A stretch of DNA of 37,241 nt from Octopus sinensis. Lineage: Eukaryota. The notes under the pieces are model-generated. The model was not told the origin of the DNA and ran no database searches. It saw only the letters and a list, made by a program, of their open reading frames with translations. This document shows positions 33,663 through 37,241 of the stretch, piece after piece. The position numbers and the translations under genes are program-made. The DNA lies in contig NW_021835921.1 of assembly GCF_006345805.1 (NCBI RefSeq), positions 1 to 37,241 of the forward strand, written 5' to 3'. Within the stretch, counting starts at the first letter, position 1. Each line of letters starts with the position of its first letter.

Positions 33663-33700
<38 letters not shown>

Positions 33701-33743
33701 CGATTATGAAGATGATGATGATGATGATGATGATGATTATGAA

Positions 33744-33777
<34 letters not shown>

Positions 33778-33803
33778 ATGAAGATGATGATGATGATGAT
33801 GAT
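33160..33803. repeat. (GAT)n/(GAC)n microsatellite
   Basis: Pure trinucleotide low complexity; source of the poly-M/I/H ORFs. Confidence 0.97.
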
Positions 33804-34276
33804 ACATAATTTTTCACTTGAAAAATGAAACTGCCAGCCGCATGCACGTCTCACGTTTCACGCTGTTTGTAAAGTTCAAACAATCGCCGAAAACTCAAGA
33901 AAAGAAAATTAAAAAAAAATAAATTTAAAAAAAAAACAGAAGAAAAAAGAAAGAAAAATAACTTCCCCCTCATTCATCTAAGTCAGATGTCGGCGGTGAA
34001 CCGGTTTAAGTTACCCAAGCGGAAATAAAAATAACATTTTTGTTGGGCAATAAGGACTCATTAAACGTAAGTAATATTATATATATATATATAAAAAAAT
34101 TTAAAAAACGGGTTCCTTGTTACGAGAGAGATGCTTTTTCTGGCATAAGGGGTCAGTGAAAAGATTGCATTGCATTGTGAGTGTTTATAGAGCAAAAATC
34201 CCTAAGATCCACGGGGCTCCGGCGGAGGGTAGTGGTGAACTCCGCTATACTCTTTCACCACTATTTTTCTCTCGGT

Positions 34277-34550
34277 GGAGGCACATGGCCTAGTGGTTAG
34301 AGCAGCGGGTTCGAATCTCAGACTGGGCGGTGTGTGTGTTTATGAGCGAAACCTTCCGGCAGAAGGTAATGGCGAAACTTCTGCTGACTCTTTCGCCATA
34401 ATTTTCTCTCACTCTTTCCTCCTGCATCTTGCAGCTCACCTGCGACGGACCGGTGTCCCGCCCAGGTGGGGAACCTATACACCACGAAAACCGGGAAACC
34501 GGCCCTTATGAGCCAGGCATGGCTCGAGAAGGAACAAACAACAGCAACAA
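34277..34550 (+). mobile_element. SINE family H (tRNA-like head, C-like central domain, distinct 3' tail ending (AAC)n-like); older related remnant at 34140-34272
   Basis: A-box TGGCCTAGTGG, B-box GGTTCGAATC; central gtgtttatgagcgaaa...tttctctcactct is shared with SINE C. Confidence 0.75.
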
Positions 34551-34568
34551 TGGGTTACTGTATATATA

Positions 34569-35694
34569 TAGCCAATGGGGCCACTTTCATTAACACGCAA
34601 ATAGTGAGCGGTGTTCCGCAAGGCACAGTTTTGGGACCACAACTGTTCATAATGGCCCTCTCAGACATACCCTCAGCCAAGCAGAGAGCCACGATCACAA
34701 GTTATGCAGATGATACAAAAGTTTCACAGGCAATACAGAACCCTGAGGACACTAAACGCCTGCAATGTGAGCTGGACAAAATATACAAGTGGGCTGAAAA
34801 GAATAGCATGCATTTCAATGCTGAAAAGTTTCTAGCTTTATGCTCTCAGTGTGCAAAACTAAATGCAATACCCAATAAATACACGGGACCTGGAGGGATT
34901 GCAATCCCAGAGGCACAATCAGTGCGAGACCTGGGTATTTACATGAGTGAGGATGCAACCTTTCATGTGCATGTTGCTAAATTGGCAATGAGATGTAGGC
35001 GGCTGACCGGATGGATTCTTAGAACCTTTAGAACAAGAGACCAGGAAACCATGATGGTCCTCTGGAGGACACTTGTCCTAAGCCACTTTGACTATTGCTC
35101 TCAGCTATGGTCACCATCCAGTGTCAAGTTGATCACAGAACTTGAGGCGATCCAACGAAGCTACACGAAGAAGATAGACTCTGTGCAGCATATAAGCTAC
35201 TGGGAAAGACTCAAGAGATTGAGACTCTATTCCTTAGAGCGTAGGCGAGAAAGACATGCCATAATATACATCTGGAAGATCCTAGAAGGACTTGTCCCAA
35301 ACTTTGGCATCGAGAGTTACACAAATGCTAGAACTGGGCGCCACTGCATAGTGCCAAGGACTCCAAATTTGCCATCAAGATGTAGGACAAGATACTGTGA
35401 TAGCCTGGGCTTCCGAGGCCAACAGCTCTTCAATATCCTCCCGAAGAACCTGAGAGACCTGCATGGGGTGGATGCAGATGTCTTTAAAATAAAACTGGAT
35501 CTCTTCCTGTCAGGTGTCCCAGATGAACCAATTTCACGGCAGGAGGGGCAGATGAGGGCAGCTGCATCGAACTCTCTCATGCACCAAATGGCAATTGCTA
35601 AAAAGCATTCGTGAAGTAAAATCATGTAGCAACACCAAATGGCGGTGCCCCAGCATGGCCGCAGCTCGTGAGCTGAAACTAGATAAAAAAAAAT
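34569..35694 (+). mobile_element. 5'-truncated CR1/L2-group LINE: RT C-terminal half, 3' UTR, A-tail
   Basis: SGVPQGTVLGPQLF, YADDTK, DLGI, HFDYCSQLWSP, SLERRR and FKIKLD in one open frame to 35614; the N-terminal 35 aa of the listed ORF come from SINE H. Confidence 0.93.
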
Positions 35695-35704
35695 ATATAT
35701 ATAT

Positions 35705-35921
35705 ACTTTACTTTTACTTTGCTTTTACATGTTTCAGTCATTTGACTGCGGCCATGCTGGAGCACCGCCTTTAGTCGAGCAAATCAATCCCGGGACTTAT
35801 TCTTTGTAAGCCCAGTACTTATTCTATCGGTCTCTTTTTGCCGAACCGCTAAGTGACGGGGACGTAAACACACCAGCATCGGTTGTCAAGCAATGCTAGG
35901 GGGACAAACACAGACACAGAA

Positions 35922-35959
<38 letters not shown>

Positions 35960-36132
35960 ATACATACGACAGGCTTCTTTCAGTTTCCGTCTACCAAATC
36001 CACTCACAAGGCTTTGGTCGGCCCGAGGCTATAGTAGAAGACATTTGCCCAAGATGTCACGTAGTAGGACTGAACCCGGAACCATGTAGTTCATAAGCAA
36101 GCTACTTACCACACAGCCACTCCTGCGCCTAT
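35705..36132 (-). mobile_element. SINE A, tail-to-tail with the LINE
   Basis: Complete 3' module, (CA)(TA)n and head. Confidence 0.92.
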
Positions 36133-36546
36133 ATATATATATAAAATACAAAATGGGTCAAGGACGCAAAACATCCAGGTAGACGATACAAAGAAAACAA
36201 GGACGGGTCATTCGGAGTTTTTCTTTCCTCAGTCAAGCACCAGATTATCCTCGCAATTTCGGCTCACACTCACCCCCACCCCCACACACACAGACGCACA
36301 CGCGCGCCCAGGGACCAGCCTTAAGTGGCATTATATAACAGAATTCCTACCTGGAGGGAAGATTATGTGAATGGGAGGAGCAGTGTCTGGTGCACTTACC
36401 CTAGAATGCAGTGACCCGGCAGAAAGATCTGGATAGCTGTGGTATGCCGTTCACCGAAGCGGAACGCTAAACTTAATAGATAAGGGAGTGAACGGAGTCA
36501 TGGATGAAAGGATGGTCAATGAGCAACCATGCTTGTCTTCCTGTGA

Positions 36547-36650
36547 ATGTCGGCTTGTGTATGGGTGTATATGTGTGGTGCGTGGGAGTGTGTGTGTGGT
36601 TGTGTGTGTGCATATCTATGTATATGTAAGCATATATATATATGTGTTAG

Positions 36651-36689
<39 letters not shown>

Positions 36690-36835
36690 ATGTATGTATG
36701 TATGTATGTATGTATATATATATATATATATGTATATATATGTATGTATGTATGTGTGTGTGTATGTATATATATATAATGTATGTATGTATGTATGTAT
36801 GTATGTATGTATGTATGTATGTATGTATGTATGTA

Positions 36836-36866
<31 letters not shown>

Positions 36867-36867
36867 G

Positions 36868-36902
<35 letters not shown>
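36547..36902. repeat. (TG)n/(TATG)n/(TA)n microsatellite
   Basis: Low-complexity tract. Confidence 0.96.
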
Positions 36903-36904
<2 letters not shown>

Positions 36905-36907
<3 letters not shown>

Positions 36908-37096
36908 GCTTAGCGGTATTTCGTCTGCCGTCACGTTCTGATTTCAAATTCCGCCGAGGTCGACTTTGCCTTTCATCCTTTCGGGGTCGATAAATTAAGT
37001 ACCAGTTACACACTGGGGTCGATGTAATCGACTTAATCCGTTTGTCTGTCCTTGTTTATCCTCTCTGCGTTTAGCCCCTTGTGGGCAGTAAAGAAA
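36905..37096 (+). mobile_element. 5'-truncated SINE B
   Basis: aatgcttagcggtatttcg...gcagtaaagaaat matches the B consensus. Confidence 0.9.
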
Positions 37097-37241
37097 TTGA
37101 TATACACAGACGCTTATACAATCTTAATATGCAGACGATCACCCTACATCGCCACCATCATTAATCTGCCCTACCACCATCGCTATCATAGAACAGTTTT
37201 CGTTGTTTTAAGGCGCCCTTTATAATACGAACGACTCCACA

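Noticed and set aside
33829-33840. 12-mer aactgccagccg shared with ~17688
   Set aside because: Chance 12-mer matches are expected in 37 kb, and there is no extended homology.

Overview
AT-rich, repeat-saturated eukaryotic DNA, intronic or intergenic in character. It is most likely a cephalopod (octopus-type) genome; that is inferred from my recognition of the repeat families, not from a search. No intact host gene is identifiable, and most ORFs in the track are microsatellite or SINE artefacts. Contents: four tRNA-headed SINE families (my labels A, B, C, H); a ~560-bp TAA-flanked element (D); two GG-terminated MITE families with 8-bp TSDs (F, G; Merlin-like); a non-autonomous Helitron fragment; three LINE remnants (an R4/Dong-like RLE C-terminus, tandem 3' ends of a CR1/L2-like LINE 'E', and a 5'-truncated CR1/L2-like RT with an open frame); and two decayed zinc-knuckle ORF1/gag-like genes. 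Best-supported observations: (1) a SINE-mediated ~330-bp inversion shown by swapped, inverted TSDs and a restored reading frame; (2) a LINE and SINE A sharing a 3' tail with a compensatorily covarying stem-loop; (3) sub-element tandem amplification in nearly every repeat family, with the same junctions at independent loci; (4) a Helitron CTAG|TC head-to-tail junction; (5) a diverged ~0.8-kb duplication containing the best candidate host exon. I found no evidence for a wholly new biological system; the novelty is in transposon biology and a few weak exon candidates.
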